A stretch of 64,000 bases of DNA from a bacterium. GTDB taxonomy: Bacteria; Verrucomicrobiota; Verrucomicrobiia; Limisphaerales; J093. Location: contig JAJXZJ010000060.1 in the NCBI GenBank assembly GCA_021780105.1, forward strand, positions 74,691-138,690, given 5' to 3'. The notes beneath the pieces were generated by a model. It was given only the letters and a program-made list of their open reading frames with translations. It made no database searches and was not told the origin of the DNA. This document shows, piece after piece, positions 63,513 through 64,000 of the stretch (positions within the stretch are counted from its first letter, which is position 1; each line of letters begins with the position of its first letter). The position numbers and the translations under genes were made by a program.

Positions 63513-64000
63513 TTACTTTGCCGCCGGGGTATTGGTGCTGCTGGCATCGGCCGGCGGTTTCGTGTCCTTCGATTTGTCCTTGGAAACCAGGGTTGTTTTA
63601 GGCGTGCCAAGACGTCCGTTGGTCCACTCGGCGATATAGCCCATCGAGTTGAGCAGCGAGTAAACGAGGTAGAGCAAAACCGCGACGGCGATGATCTTCG
63701 GCCACGGGCTTTTCTTCTCCGCGAACGGGTCCACAAGATCGCGCTGCGAGCCGGGCGGCAGGGTGGCGATGGCGGTCAGGCTGGTGCCGAACGGAACGTT
63801 GATCTTCGCCTTGGCGTTCACCGCCCAGCCGTTGGCGTCGAGGATCGGGCCGAGGTTGCGCTTGCGCAGTTTGATGAAGGCCAGGATCAGTGAAGGACCG
63901 GAAATCATGGCCATTGCGCCGAGCAACGCGCCGACGATGGCCAGCGGTCCCATTTGCACGACATCCAGAACCTTGGCGAAAATCAGGCCGACGAACGTGC
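63513..64000 (-). CDS. hypothetical membrane protein, C-terminal part (5' end outside window)
   Basis: The minus-strand frame is open to the window edge. Two hydrophobic segments, then a Lys/Thr/Pro-rich tail. Stop TAA at 63513-63515. Confidence 0.45.
   Translation of the reverse strand, partial: TFVGLIFAKVLDVVQMGPLAIVGALLGAMAMISGPSLILAFIKLRKRNLGPILDANGWAVNAKAKINVPFGTSLTAIATLPPGSQRDLVDPFAEKKSPWPKIIAVAVLLYLVYSLLNSMGYIAEWTNGRLGTPKTTLVSKDKSKDTKPPADASSTNTPAAK

Overview
High-GC bacterial chromosomal window, densely coding on both strands. I found no rRNA, CRISPR array, transposase, integrase or phage genes, so it reads as core genome rather than an island. I support about 60 CDS, 3 tRNAs, 2 intrinsic terminators and a set of hand-identified sigma70-like promoters.

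Gene layout:
- 0-7.1 kb: a Gfo/Idh/MocA oxidoreductase (partial), apbE and deoC. A minus-strand operon follows: kamA, nth, a lipoate-ligase-family gene, and an EEP-family gene broken by an in-frame TGA.
- 7.4-24.9 kb: a division/cell-wall (dcw) cluster in the order mraZ, orf173, rsmH, ftsL, ftsI, murE, murF, mraY, a 447-nt gap, a LysM protein, ftsW, murG, murB, ddl, ftsQ, ftsA, ftsZ. It lacks murD and murC.
- 25-29.5 kb: a split pta, hisC and a secreted S1 peptidase.
- 29.6-32.4 kb (minus strand): a 560-aa exported protein, pdxJ and acpS.
- 32.5-38.7 kb: a tandem-domain lipoprotein, resB and ccsA, then an OmpR-type response regulator and a histidine kinase.
- 38.8-42.5 kb: tRNA-Val, a GH-like protein and an MFS gene.
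- 42.8-47.7 kb: an lplT, lnt-like, aas operon.
- 47.7-64 kb: a membrane-anchored GrpE-like protein, two-subunit fumarase, hypA, exported msrA/msrB, rplU-rpmA-(terminator)-obg, and tRNA-Leu/tRNA-Ala. Then a minus-strand operon of a PQQ-repeat gene, a CPXCG gene, a TMEM14-like gene, hrpB, an AKR and thpR. Last come a sialidase, lolC/E-lolD and a partial membrane protein.

Main observations worth a second look:
- A recurring promoter-to-start-codon spacing of 6-9 nt that implies many leaderless mRNAs.
- The rearranged dcw cluster with two extra genes.
- The lplT-lnt-aas module, whose lnt gene is compositionally odd.
- The GrpE-like membrane protein.
- The duplicated-domain lipoprotein coupled to cytochrome c biogenesis.

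I found no clear-cut novel multi-gene system such as a defence system. Taxonomy (a PVC/Verrucomicrobiota-like organism) is inference from gene content only. All protein family calls come from motif recognition by eye, not from searches.
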